Positions 47,658-56,343 are shown, numbered from the stretch's first letter. The stretch: 64,000 bases of DNA from Patescibacteria group bacterium (GCA_035479015.1 DATIJC010000002.1:9777-73776); one strand, 5' to 3'. Numbers and translations are program-made. The notes: a model not told the origin generated them from the letters alone.

Positions 47658-48715
47658 AGTTTTTAACTCAGACTTTTCTTTTCTTGTGGATATTTTTTAT
47701 CCCTTCTTCCCTTGCCTACCACTACAATGTACAGACCGGATTAGTACACGGAATTTTGGTGGATTATCGAATCCCTATCATTAGTGCGGATGTACTATTT
47801 TTTATTGCGTTTTTAGCATTGTCATTCCTGCGAAGGCAGGAATCCAGTCAACTAAAAAAACTTCTTGTGTTTTCTATCGGTTTTACAATGATCTTTCAGT
47901 TTTGCCTTGCTCTTTTTCAAACTATCTTTCAGCGCTCTTTATTTGGTTATCTTCCCTTTGGTGAAGTGGATTATCACTCACCCGCCATCGCTAAAGGCGT
48001 ATTCAACGGTTTCATTTATAAACTTCCATATGGGACAACCGTTCATCCAAATATTCTTGCCGGCTTCTTTGTAGTGTGTTTTCTGGTTCTAGCAACATAC
48101 AAAACAAAGTTTCTTAAGTACTTTTTTTTAATGACACTATTAATCATCTTTCTCACACAATCCTTATCTGCACTTATCGCACTGCTAGCGGGAATACTTG
48201 TTTTCTTAATCAATAAAAAATATCTAAAACTTGCGAAGATTCTTGTAATTTTATTTGGATTAGGAGTTGTGTTTGTTTTATCCAATATTCGATATACCAA
48301 ATACGATATACCCTCGCTCGCTCGCCGTGCGCAGTTGGAACAATTGGCCTTTAGCATGATTCATGATCATCCGCTAACCGGGGTCGGCTGGAACAACTTT
48401 ACGCTAGAGATGGATAACTACGGCTATGTGCGTGGAAATGTACGTTTCCTACAGCCTGTGCACAATATGTTCCTATTATTGATTAGTGAGCTGGGGATTT
48501 TCGGCATAGTGCTCGTGGCAATTTGGATCAAACTTATTTGGAAAGCGAATCAAATCACACTTGTGTTTTTGAGCGCCTTTACCGTGCTTAGCAGTTTTGA
48601 CCATTACCTGCTCACGCTCACCACGGGCCGCATGTTACTTATCCTGAGCCTCGTCGTGATAAAATTAGTCTCGTCTCGCCCCCATAGTTCAATGGATAAA
48701 ACAGGAGACTTCTAA
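47654..48715 (+). CDS. O-antigen ligase (WaaL/Wzy_C) family membrane protein
   Basis: YGT..HPN, TQS, R..L..A, HPLTGVG..NF, VHN..L...SELG; 3' end overlaps tRNA-Arg. Confidence 0.82.
   Translation: MKFLTQTFLFLWIFFIPSSLAYHYNVQTGLVHGILVDYRIPIISADVLFFIAFLALSFLRRQESSQLKKLLVFSIGFTMIFQFCLALFQTIFQRSLFGYLPFGEVDYHSPAIAKGVFNGFIYKLPYGTTVHPNILAGFFVVCFLVLATYKTKFLKYFFLMTLLIIFLTQSLSALIALLAGILVFLINKKYLKLAKILVILFGLGVVFVLSNIRYTKYDIPSLARRAQLEQLAFSMIHDHPLTGVGWNNFTLEMDNYGYVRGNVRFLQPVHNMFLLLISELGIFGIVLVAIWIKLIWKANQITLVFLSAFTVLSSFDHYLLTLTTGRMLLILSLVVIKLVSSRPHSSMDKTGDF
47819..47852 (+). repeat. Palindromic element in frame within the O-antigen ligase gene
   Basis: 34 bp identical to 15975-16008; encodes LSFLRRQESSQ. 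Confidence 0.9.
48284..48311 (+). repeat. Heptamer run translated inside the O-antigen ligase
   Basis: aatattc gatatac caaatac gatatac, encoding NIRYTKYDI. Confidence 0.6.
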
Positions 48716-48749
48716 TCTCTTACTCGTGGTTCGATTCCACGTGGGGGCA
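48678..48749 (+). tRNA. tRNA-Arg(TCT)
   Basis: GCCCCCA/TGGGGGC acceptor stem, anticodon loop CTTCTAA, GGTTCGATTCC. Confidence 0.93.
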
Positions 48750-48860
48750 CTTCGACAAGCTCAGTGCAAGCACTTTTTGCTCTTTCTTCTACTTGCATTC
48801 AAACGCAAAATCTTTCACACTCTTATCAGAGCCAAATTATATTGTAAAAAGGAGAAAAAT

Positions 48861-49088
48861 ATGGCGAAGAAATCAGGAATGGGAGTAGGCGCAATACTGG
48901 GCGCCGTGGTCGGCACAATAGCTGGGGCCGTAGGTATGTTTTTGTCTGATGAAGACAACCGCAAGAAAGTGGTGAAGGAAGCCAAACACGTAGAACATAT
49001 GATGGAAGCCGATGTGAAGAAAGCACGCCGTGGTGTAAAGCGAGTAGTTAGTAAGGCCAAGAAAACTACCAAGCGCCGCAGCCGCTAA
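48861..49088 (+). CDS. Small basic protein, YtxH-like
   Basis: AAGGAG RBS, Gly-zipper TM helix, Lys/Arg-rich tail. Confidence 0.75.
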   Translation: MAKKSGMGVGAILGAVVGTIAGAVGMFLSDEDNRKKVVKEAKHVEHMMEADVKKARRGVKRVVSKAKKTTKRRSR

Positions 49089-49105
49089 TTTGGAATTTGA
49101 ATATG

Positions 49106-49135
49106 AAAAAGCCCTGCGTATGCGGGGCTTTTTTT
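49106..49135 (+). terminator. Intrinsic terminator (potentially bidirectional)
   Basis: A5-GCCCTGC-GTAT-GCGGGGC-T7. Confidence 0.85.
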
Positions 49136-49156
49136 ATCTGGTAAAATAAGGATATT

Positions 49157-49234
49157 GGTGGATGTAGCTCAACTGGTTAGAGCATCAGATTGTGGATCTG
49201 ACGGTTGCGGGTTCGAATCCCGTCTTCCACCCCA
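49157..49234 (+). tRNA. tRNA-His(GTG)
   Basis: Encoded G-1, anticodon loop TTGTGGA, C73 and encoded CCA. Confidence 0.95.
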
Positions 49235-49238
49235 AAAA

Positions 49239-49964
49239 TTATTCTTCCGGGGGCGTGCCGTAGATGATCACTTGTGTACCAGGGTTATCCTTGGTAGCAC
49301 TGATGGAGGTTTTATCCCCAAGCACTGGGTCAGCCCAGTAGAAAAGGGTCCCCGCATCTTCAGTACGCATGTTCACACAGCCATGGCTCATAGGATGACC
49401 AAAGTTATCATGCCAATACGTGCCGTGGAAACTAAATCCTGCCGAAGCGGGTATCTGGCTGTTACCAAAAAACATCACGTAAGGCACATTCGGGAGATTG
49501 TACGCATCTGCCCCACTGCCGCCACTCATGCCAATATAGCGGAACTTGTTGGCGATCGTGAACGTTCCGGTAGGTGTCTTTCCCCATTTACCTGTTGATA
49601 TTCTAAATTCAAAAACCTGCCGGTCTCCCTCAAAGGCATAGAGGCGCTGAGCCGCCAGATCCACATTAATGTGCTTCGGCTGACTCGAGTCACCCAGGAC
49701 TGCTTTGGAGGCATAATCAGGCACCTTGGCGGAGATAAATTGCTTTCCTAAGAAAGTACCCACAGTCTGGCTGCTGTCATATGTTCCACTTTGTGTTAGA
49801 TTGACTGGGTTTGGGCCTCTAGAAGACCTTGCAAGGCCCTGAAAGCCTGTCAAAACTACGAGCAACCCTCCTACTAGGAGCGAAAGAATAACGAAGCCAA
49901 AACCTTGCTTAGAACGTGCCATCCCTCTAGTATGAGGGACTAAAAAGGCACTTGCAAGTGCCAT
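49239..49964 (-). CDS. L,D-transpeptidase (YkuD)
   Basis: VDLAAQRL, ISTGK..TPTG, HGTYWH..SHGCVNM. Confidence 0.92.
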   Translation of the reverse strand: MALASAFLVPHTRGMARSKQGFGFVILSLLVGGLLVVLTGFQGLARSSRGPNPVNLTQSGTYDSSQTVGTFLGKQFISAKVPDYASKAVLGDSSQPKHINVDLAAQRLYAFEGDRQVFEFRISTGKWGKTPTGTFTIANKFRYIGMSGGSGADAYNLPNVPYVMFFGNSQIPASAGFSFHGTYWHDNFGHPMSHGCVNMRTEDAGTLFYWADPVLGDKTSISATKDNPGTQVIIYGTPPEE

Positions 49965-50057
49965 CTGGATTTCGCTGTTTAAATTGATTTATCAATATAA
50001 ATAATCATCACTGGTACTTGCTATTGAGCCTATAGTTTAGTATACTCGGCCGTTCAT

Positions 50058-50699
50058 ATGATGAACTTACCTGCTCTCATCGCCTCCGTCTTTCTGGCAT
50101 TTAATGTCGCCAGCGGTTCCGCCGTCCCAAGCCAAAAAATCTTGGGATCGCGTGAGTTTTCGCTCAACGACCGCTACAAAGTAGCCAGCGTCAACGAAGT
50201 GTTTAAAAAGAACATTCTACTCAACATGGCATACCTGCGTGGTAGCGTGACCCAAAAGAAGGATATTGATTGGGCTACAGTTGAAAGCCCATTCACCTAT
50301 TCCTTCACGCTACGCCAAGGTGAATCCTTCGCCTTCCATGATAGTGTCTTGCCTGAGTATCAAGGGAAGGTCGTCAAGACTACGAATGCGCATTTTAACT
50401 CTACCGAAGGGTTTGTCTCCGATGGATATCTAGTAGGAGACGGTGTTTGCCATCTTGCTTCCCTAATCAACTGGGCTGCCCAAGATGCAGGACTTACTAT
50501 CTTAGTCACCAAGAACCATGACTTTGCCAAAATTGAGGAAGTACCTAAAGAGTATGGTGTGTCCATCTATGTCAGTCCCACTACGGGCGCTGGTACACGC
50601 AACAACCTCTACATCACGAATAACCAAAATCAGGATGTAACCTTTTCCTTCAGCTTTGACGGTACCGAGCTCAAGGTCGATGTGATAGCATCTAAATAA
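50058..50699 (+). CDS. VanW-like exported protein
   Basis: GESFAF, GDGVCHLAS, NH, L.ITN motifs. Confidence 0.75.
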   Translation: MMNLPALIASVFLAFNVASGSAVPSQKILGSREFSLNDRYKVASVNEVFKKNILLNMAYLRGSVTQKKDIDWATVESPFTYSFTLRQGESFAFHDSVLPEYQGKVVKTTNAHFNSTEGFVSDGYLVGDGVCHLASLINWAAQDAGLTILVTKNHDFAKIEEVPKEYGVSIYVSPTTGAGTRNNLYITNNQNQDVTFSFSFDGTELKVDVIASK

Positions 50700-51058
50700 T
50701 GCAGTTTAATCCACTCACTCCCGAAGAAAAGCACGTGATAGAAGACAAAGGAACAGAGGCTCCTTTCACCGGCGAATACGATGACTTCTTTGTTCCTGGA
50801 ACCTATGTTTGCAGGCGCTGCAATGCCCCCCTGTATCGGTCTGAAGATAAATTCAACGCCCACTGCGGATGGCCTGCTTTTGATCAAGAAGTTCCCGGCG
50901 CGGTAAAGCACATGCCTTTTAAAGGCTGGGATTGGCAAGAAATCCAATGTGCCAATTGTGGCGCCCACCTAGGACACGTGTTCAAGGGTGAAGGTTTTAC
51001 AAAAACAGATACACGCCATTGCGTTAACTCTATTTCGATGAGATTTATACCGAAATGA
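50699..51058 (+). CDS. msrB: Methionine-R-sulfoxide reductase
   Basis: GTE.PF, CRRC, CGWPAF, CANC.AHLGHVF, RHCVNS. Confidence 0.95.
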   Translation: MQFNPLTPEEKHVIEDKGTEAPFTGEYDDFFVPGTYVCRRCNAPLYRSEDKFNAHCGWPAFDQEVPGAVKHMPFKGWDWQEIQCANCGAHLGHVFKGEGFTKTDTRHCVNSISMRFIPK

Positions 51059-51065
51059 TTTTTGA

Positions 51066-51117
51066 TCCTCTCCAAAAATTTGGAGAGGACATCTGGTGAG
51101 GCGAAGCGAATCCAGAT
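51066..51117. repeat. Tandem hairpins between msrB and msrA
   Basis: tcctctccaaa/tttggagagga and atctgg..gcgaagcg..ccagat. Confidence 0.55.
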
Positions 51118-51126
51118 AGGTGAGGT

Positions 51127-51666
51127 GTGAAGAATATGACTGATTTTGCGTACTTCGGCGGTGGCTGCTTCTGGTGCACGGAAGCTATCTTCCAGCGCCT
51201 GCGTGGTGTGGTCTCTGTAATTCCCGGTTATGCTGGAGGCGACATGGACAACCCAAATTATGAAGCGGTTTCTGATGGCGACACGGGGCACGCTGAGATG
51301 ATCCGCATTGAATTTGACCCATCGGTCATTTCTTATGAACAACTTTTAGATGTCTTCTGGCATACACATGATCCGACGACGAGGAACCAGCAAGGGGCTG
51401 ATATCGGAGAACAGTACCGCTCAGTTGTACTTTTTGCCAATGAAGAACAAAAACGAGCTGCAGAAAAATCAAAGCAAGATCTTGCCAATTCCGGTGAATA
51501 TGAAAAACCAATTGTGACTGAAATCAGACCATTTGAAAAATTCTTTGAAGCAGAAAACTATCACCATGACTACTACGAAAAACACAAAGAGGCGCCTTAC
51601 TGTCAGATTGTCATCAATCCAAAATTAGAAAAGTTTAAGAAACGCTACAAAGAGTTACTCAAGTAA
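51127..51666 (+). CDS. msrA: Methionine-S-sulfoxide reductase
   Basis: GGCFWC, GYAGG, GHAE, HDPT, AENYH. Confidence 0.96.
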   Translation: MKNMTDFAYFGGGCFWCTEAIFQRLRGVVSVIPGYAGGDMDNPNYEAVSDGDTGHAEMIRIEFDPSVISYEQLLDVFWHTHDPTTRNQQGADIGEQYRSVVLFANEEQKRAAEKSKQDLANSGEYEKPIVTEIRPFEKFFEAENYHHDYYEKHKEAPYCQIVINPKLEKFKKRYKELLK

Positions 51667-52275
51667 ATGGGCATGGTCGTTAAAAGTCAGGATTTCCCAT
51701 CGCTTGTCTTCTCTATAAGAGCAGACTGTTATCCCTGTATTCGTTGTCTGCAGTCCTTCTACTAGTAGATCAAATTGTCTGGATGAAAATTCCGGACCAA
51801 AAAGCATTAGACCCAGTAAGGCTCGGATAACATGACCATGGCTCACGAGCACGATATTTTCTTGATTCCTCATTTCGATCTGTCTGAGTTGTTGGGCGAT
51901 ACGCTTGATAAAGTCCCAAGTATTTTCTTCATTACTGTAGTGCCAATCGGGATCATCGCTGTGTTTTGCAATCGCTTTCCAAATATGATGGACATCAATG
52001 TGTTTTTTCCCAGCAGTTTCAGACGGGCCCTGCTTCTCAATCAGTTTTTCATTGAACTCGATTTCTTTACTAACCGCTGCTGAAATCTCTTTAGCTGTCT
52101 GCTCGGCCCGCATTGCAGTACTGGAGATAATCAAATCCACAGGGGTGTGTAGAAAACGCCCCGCTACTTTTTTTGCCTGTGATAATCCAGAGGGACTGAG
52201 TGGCATTTCATTCGTTTGATGAACACGCGCCGCGTTCCCCTCACTCTCTCCATGGCGAACTATGTATAAGGTCAT
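51655..52275 (-). CDS. Histidine phosphatase family protein
   Basis: RHGE, R..QTA, VSHG, ND..HL. Confidence 0.9.
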   Translation of the reverse strand: MTLYIVRHGESEGNAARVHQTNEMPLSPSGLSQAKKVAGRFLHTPVDLIISSTAMRAEQTAKEISAAVSKEIEFNEKLIEKQGPSETAGKKHIDVHHIWKAIAKHSDDPDWHYSNEENTWDFIKRIAQQLRQIEMRNQENIVLVSHGHVIRALLGLMLFGPEFSSRQFDLLVEGLQTTNTGITVCSYREDKRWEILTFNDHAHLLE

Positions 52276-52281
52276 AATGTA

Positions 52282-52326
52282 TGGATCCCACATACTTGAG
52301 ATTGCATCTCAGGTTTTGGGATGACA
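52282..52326 (-). repeat. Palindromic element (intergenic), same subfamily as the uvrB copy
   Basis: TGTCATCCCAAAACCTGAGATGCAATCTCAAGTATGTGGGATCCA. Confidence 0.85.
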
Positions 52327-52342
52327 CTGCCTGCGGCTAGTG

Positions 52343-53899
52343 TCACTTTGCAATATCAACAGCCCGCATCTCACGTATAACTGTCACCGTGACTGTACCT
52401 GGATAGGTAACTTCATCTTTGATACGATCCTTGATCTGATGCGAGAGCACTACTGCATCCTCATCACTGGATTTCTCGGCATTGAGGATCACGCGGATCT
52501 CACGTCCAGCTTGGATCGCGAAGGCTTCACGGACTTTGTCAGATGACTTGGCGATCTCTTCTAACTTGGTCAAACGCTTTACGTACTCTTCGTAGTTCTC
52601 GTAACGTGCACCAGGACGTGCTCCAGAAATCGCATCTGATATATAGACAATCATTGCTTCTTTACTTGAAAATGGCTTGTCTTCATGGTGCTGCTCTACA
52701 CAATCAATGACTGCCTCTGGCATGTGATATTTTCGAAGCAGGTTCACACCCAATTCAATATGGCTGCCTTCTTCATCCATAACCACCTTACCAATATCGT
52801 GCAGTAAACATCCTAGGCGGACAGTGTCCACGTTGGCACCAATTTCTTTAGCAATCGCGATACCGATTTTTGTCTCTTCTAGAGTGTGTGCAATCATGTT
52901 CTGGCCATATGAGAAGCGGTATTTAAACCGTCCCAGCATTTGCACTAAATCATGAGGCATATTAAATACACCTACCATGTGGCAGAGTTTCTTGCCTTCC
53001 TCGAACATGATCTTATCGAGCTCTTCAGCGACTTTTTTCACCACCTCTTCAATACGTGACGGCTGAATACGGCCATCCTTTACTAACCGTTCAAGGGCGA
53101 TGCGGGCAATTTCACGCCTCACTGGATCAAAACATGATAGGCGGACTGTGCCTGGTTGATCATCGAGGTCGACGTCTACACCAGTCACCTGTTCAAAGGA
53201 GCGGATGTTGCGGCCGTCTTTACCGATGATCTTGCCTTTGACATCTTCACTGGGCAATTCAACGACCGAGACAGTGTACTCACTCACATAACTCGTAGCG
53301 CCGTGCTTCATAGCGTCAACCAAGATCTCCTTGGCCTGTTCATCAGCCTCTTCTTTGGCTTTATTGACCTTCTCCTGGATCATCTCTGCCATTTCACGCC
53401 CCAAGCTCCTCTCCAAGTTCTCTAAAACCTGAGTCTTTGCAGCCTCGCGGGTAAGCCCTGCAACCTGCTCAAGCTTGGTAATCAAACCCTTGCGTTGTTC
53501 ATCCAATTGGGTTGAGCGGTGATCAAGATCACCTTTGCGCTTTTGCAGTTCTTTGTCGCGGTCATCCAACGTGCGCAGTCTTGTCTCTACGCTAGCGAGT
53601 TTTTGATCAATTGATCGCTGAGCCTGGGCTACTTCCTCGCGGACCGATTTCATCTCACGTTCTGCCGATTCACGGATAGTGAGGGCTTCTGCTTTGGCTT
53701 CGACAATGATCTCGCGGGAGCGGGCTTGGGCTTCACGGGCTGCCGCATCATTCATTGCGGCTTGTGCTTGTGGGTCCACTTTTGGCGCTACGACCAGCTT
53801 CACTTGAGTCGAAACGGGCTTTGAAGGTCGAACTGGCGGAAGTGTTTTTCCATCGGTTGCTGGTCCCAATAGACTTGAAAGTCTGGTAAAAAATGACAT
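52343..53899 (-). CDS. rny: Ribonuclease Y
   Basis: Coiled coil, KH (KGKIIGKDGRNIR), HD (LLHDIGK), SGARPGAR, AIQAGRE. Confidence 0.95.
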   Translation of the reverse strand: MSFFTRLSSLLGPATDGKTLPPVRPSKPVSTQVKLVVAPKVDPQAQAAMNDAAAREAQARSREIIVEAKAEALTIRESAEREMKSVREEVAQAQRSIDQKLASVETRLRTLDDRDKELQKRKGDLDHRSTQLDEQRKGLITKLEQVAGLTREAAKTQVLENLERSLGREMAEMIQEKVNKAKEEADEQAKEILVDAMKHGATSYVSEYTVSVVELPSEDVKGKIIGKDGRNIRSFEQVTGVDVDLDDQPGTVRLSCFDPVRREIARIALERLVKDGRIQPSRIEEVVKKVAEELDKIMFEEGKKLCHMVGVFNMPHDLVQMLGRFKYRFSYGQNMIAHTLEETKIGIAIAKEIGANVDTVRLGCLLHDIGKVVMDEEGSHIELGVNLLRKYHMPEAVIDCVEQHHEDKPFSSKEAMIVYISDAISGARPGARYENYEEYVKRLTKLEEIAKSSDKVREAFAIQAGREIRVILNAEKSSDEDAVVLSHQIKDRIKDEVTYPGTVTVTVIREMRAVDIAK

Positions 53900-53924
53900 A
53901 AATCCTTTCAAACGATTACGAATA

Positions 53925-54083
53925 GTAATCTTTGAAGTGACGGGAAAATGAAGGCAAAAATGGCACTACTAAACCCTAGGAAATTACTGAGAATTTCGCG
54001 GGGTCGATTCCGATTGGAATGGAGTACGATTTTGCATAAAGAAATGATCCTTCAAATTTTTAGCGTCTTTTTTCAAAGATTGA
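53925..54083 (-). ncRNA. Candidate 6S-like RNA or structured rny leader
   Basis: About 160-nt irregular rod with AATCTTTGAA/TTCAAAGATT, GACG/CGTC and TGAAGG/CCTTCA nested stems; strand assumed from context. Confidence 0.45.
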
Positions 54084-54091
54084 CCCTGATC

Positions 54092-54565
54092 TTACCTTTT
54101 TTTAGCTGTTTCGTCAAGGAAACGGCTAATCTCACTTGAGGAGAAACCAGAGGAGAACAGAACCTGGTATGTCTTTGCCCGCTGCAGGTTGGACGGTTGT
54201 TTTGCAATCCTGCCTTTCGCCTTTTGTAAGCGTTTTTCCATAGCCGCAAACAAATCTTCTTCACTAACCTCTCTGAGAGCATTCGAGATATCTTCTTTAG
54301 AAATGCCGAGACTAGAAAGTTTGGCTTTGATATATGCCTGCCCCTTCGCTTTGGAGGAAATCAGAGAATGGACGAAGCTGGCTGCTGTGCGAGAGTCATC
54401 TATATAGCCAAGACGTTTATATTTTTCCACCAGCACATCAATGATATTTTCGTCTTCACCGTCATGAAGTTTTCGCTGTAAGTATCGGCGCACTTCTAGC
54501 TCGCTTCGGTCACGGATCGAAATATATCTACCAAGTAAGTTTTCCAAACGGACTATTTCACTCAT
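54092..54565 (-). CDS. recX: Regulatory protein RecX
   Basis: R.RS..E...L, GYIDD, KG..I..KL..LGI, GFS; directly downstream of recA. Confidence 0.85.
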   Translation of the reverse strand: MSEIVRLENLLGRYISIRDRSELEVRRYLQRKLHDGEDENIIDVLVEKYKRLGYIDDSRTAASFVHSLISSKAKGQAYIKAKLSSLGISKEDISNALREVSEEDLFAAMEKRLQKAKGRIAKQPSNLQRAKTYQVLFSSGFSSSEISRFLDETAKKR

Positions 54566-55683
54566 TCTTCTTTTGGACTTTCGGACTCTTTGATTTCCAT
54601 CGGCGCCCCGGCCTTGCCATCTTTTATACGCTGGCGGATGAGCGCGTCCAACTCGTTCATGAGCGCCTGATTTGCTTCTAATTCAAGCTTCAATGCATCA
54701 CGACCCTGTGCCAAAGTTTTGTCCTTGTACTTATAGAAACTCCCGCTTTTTTGTAAAATTCCCATCTCTACGGCGACGTCTACGATACCACCACTCTTAC
54801 TTATTCCCCCTACGTTCATGATATCAAACTCTGCCATACGGAATGGCGGTGCCATTTTATTTTTCACTACTTTGCCACGATGCCGTCCGCCGATCACCAC
54901 TTCACCTTCTGTTATGTTACCAATCTTGCGCATATCTACACGGGCCGATGCATAGAATTTCAATGCCTGTCCACCAGTAGTCGTTTCCGGATTACCAAAC
55001 ATGACGCCAATTTTCATGCGGATTTGGTTGGTAAAGATAAGTAAGGTCTTACTTTTGTTGATTGCTGCAGTGAGCTTGCGCATCGCTTGACTCATCAAAC
55101 GAGCCTGTGCACCCATGACGGCATCTCCCATCTCGCCTTCGATTTCTGCCTTTGGTGTAAGTGCTGCGACGGAGTCGACAACGATGACATCCAAACCACC
55201 GGATCGAACCAGCATCTCTGTGATCTCCAGTGCTTGTTCACCGTTATCAGGTTGAGAAATTAATAAATTATCTAAATTCACACCGATCGCTTTAGCGCGC
55301 ATCGGATCCAGTGCGTGTTCAGCATCAATAAAGGCTGCCGTGCCACCTTTTTTCTGTGCCTCAGCGATCACATGCAGACACACTGTGGTTTTTCCTGATG
55401 CTTCAGGTCCATATACTTCTACGATACGTCCGCGCGGGAAACCGCCGATACCAAGTGCAAGATCTAACGCTATAGAACCAGTGGAGATAGCGGGAACCAG
55501 TTGCTCCGCCTGCATCTGCTCACCCAATTTCATGATGGATCCCTTGCCGTACTGTTTTTCAATCTGCTGCATGGCAATGCGTACAGCCTCCATACGTTCA
55601 CTGTTTACATTAGAAACTGGCTGCCTGTTTTGTGTTGGTTGCGGCGCTGGCATAGAAACCTTTCTCTTTATGTTCGGGCTCAT
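54562..55683 (-). CDS. recA: Recombinase RecA
   Basis: [41 protein letters not shown]. Confidence 0.98.
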   Translation of the reverse strand: MSPNIKRKVSMPAPQPTQNRQPVSNVNSERMEAVRIAMQQIEKQYGKGSIMKLGEQMQAEQLVPAISTGSIALDLALGIGGFPRGRIVEVYGPEASGKTTVCLHVIAEAQKKGGTAAFIDAEHALDPMRAKAIGVNLDNLLISQPDNGEQALEITEMLVRSGGLDVIVVDSVAALTPKAEIEGEMGDAVMGAQARLMSQAMRKLTAAINKSKTLLIFTNQIRMKIGVMFGNPETTTGGQALKFYASARVDMRKIGNITEGEVVIGGRHRGKVVKNKMAPPFRMAEFDIMNVGGISKSGGIVDVAVEMGILQKSGSFYKYKDKTLAQGRDALKLELEANQALMNELDALIRQRIKDGKAGAPMEIKESESPKEE

Positions 55684-55744
55684 CTAAACACAGAAAGAAA
55701 TTACTGACAAGTAGCGGTATAATCTCATTCTTGCCAATGCGGAA

Positions 55745-55779
55745 GCGGGCTTGCCCGCCGAAGTCTTGACGCAGGCGGG
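55745..55779. repeat. Hairpin insert at the tRNA-Pro 5' end with GCGGG duplication
   Basis: GCGGG-cttgcccgccgaagtcttgacgcag-GCGGG. Confidence 0.6.
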
Positions 55780-55846
55780 GTATAGTTTAATGGTAGAATT
55801 CGTGGCTGGGGGTCATGAGGCGAAAGTTCGATTCTTTCTACCCCGA
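55776..55846 (+). tRNA. tRNA-Pro(GGG)
   Basis: CGGGGTA/TACCCCG acceptor stem, anticodon loop CTGGGGG, GTTCGATT. Confidence 0.92.
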
Positions 55847-55850
55847 CTTA

Positions 55851-56114
55851 TTATCGGCGCACTGGCCGAAGCAACTGTAGTGCTATCGTGCATGCAAAAT
55901 CGCGGATATCCAATAATTCTTTCTCACTCATGTTTTTTCCCAAGCGATCTATTACATCCTTAACTTGACTACTATATTCAAGATTAAACAATCTTCCTTC
56001 TTCACCTTGCTGGTCAAGAGAATCCTGGAAAAATTGGAGTAGTTGCTCCTTGGTTACTGACTCGCCACCTGCAACATGTTTAACGAGCTCTTCACCTGTA
56101 AAAATTTGGTTCAT
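55851..56114 (-). CDS. Hypothetical protein
   Basis: 87 aa, convergent on tRNA-Pro. Confidence 0.55.
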   Translation of the reverse strand: MNQIFTGEELVKHVAGGESVTKEQLLQFFQDSLDQQGEEGRLFNLEYSSQVKDVIDRLGKNMSEKELLDIRDFACTIALQLLRPVRR

Positions 56115-56148
56115 ATTCAATAACGAGAACGATTTGCAACACCTCTTC

Positions 56149-56334
56149 TTATCCTCTCACGGCGCCAAGACTCAATACAGATCCTTTTCCATATTTTCTT
56201 TCCAAATCAGATCTAACCGCATCTTTCGCGTCCACAGCTTTTCTAGCTTCTACTGGAAAAGTCGACACATGTTCTTTTCCATTAATTTTATACTTTGCGG
56301 CAATAATAAAGTTTACTCTTTCTTCAGAAGACAT
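56149..56334 (-). CDS. Hypothetical protein
   Basis: 61 aa with an AAGGA RBS. Confidence 0.55.
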   Translation of the reverse strand: MSSEERVNFIIAAKYKINGKEHVSTFPVEARKAVDAKDAVRSDLERKYGKGSVLSLGAVRG

Positions 56335-56343
56335 ACTTTCCTT

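Noticed and set aside
49155-49598. 147-aa ORF, and likewise 23936-24214, 38111-38308 and 55751-55963
   Set aside because: These are translations through tRNA genes or antisense to real genes.
38440-50699. TetA-like MFS and VanW-like genes as antibiotic resistance determinants
   Set aside because: Family-level motifs only; there is no resistance-cluster context.
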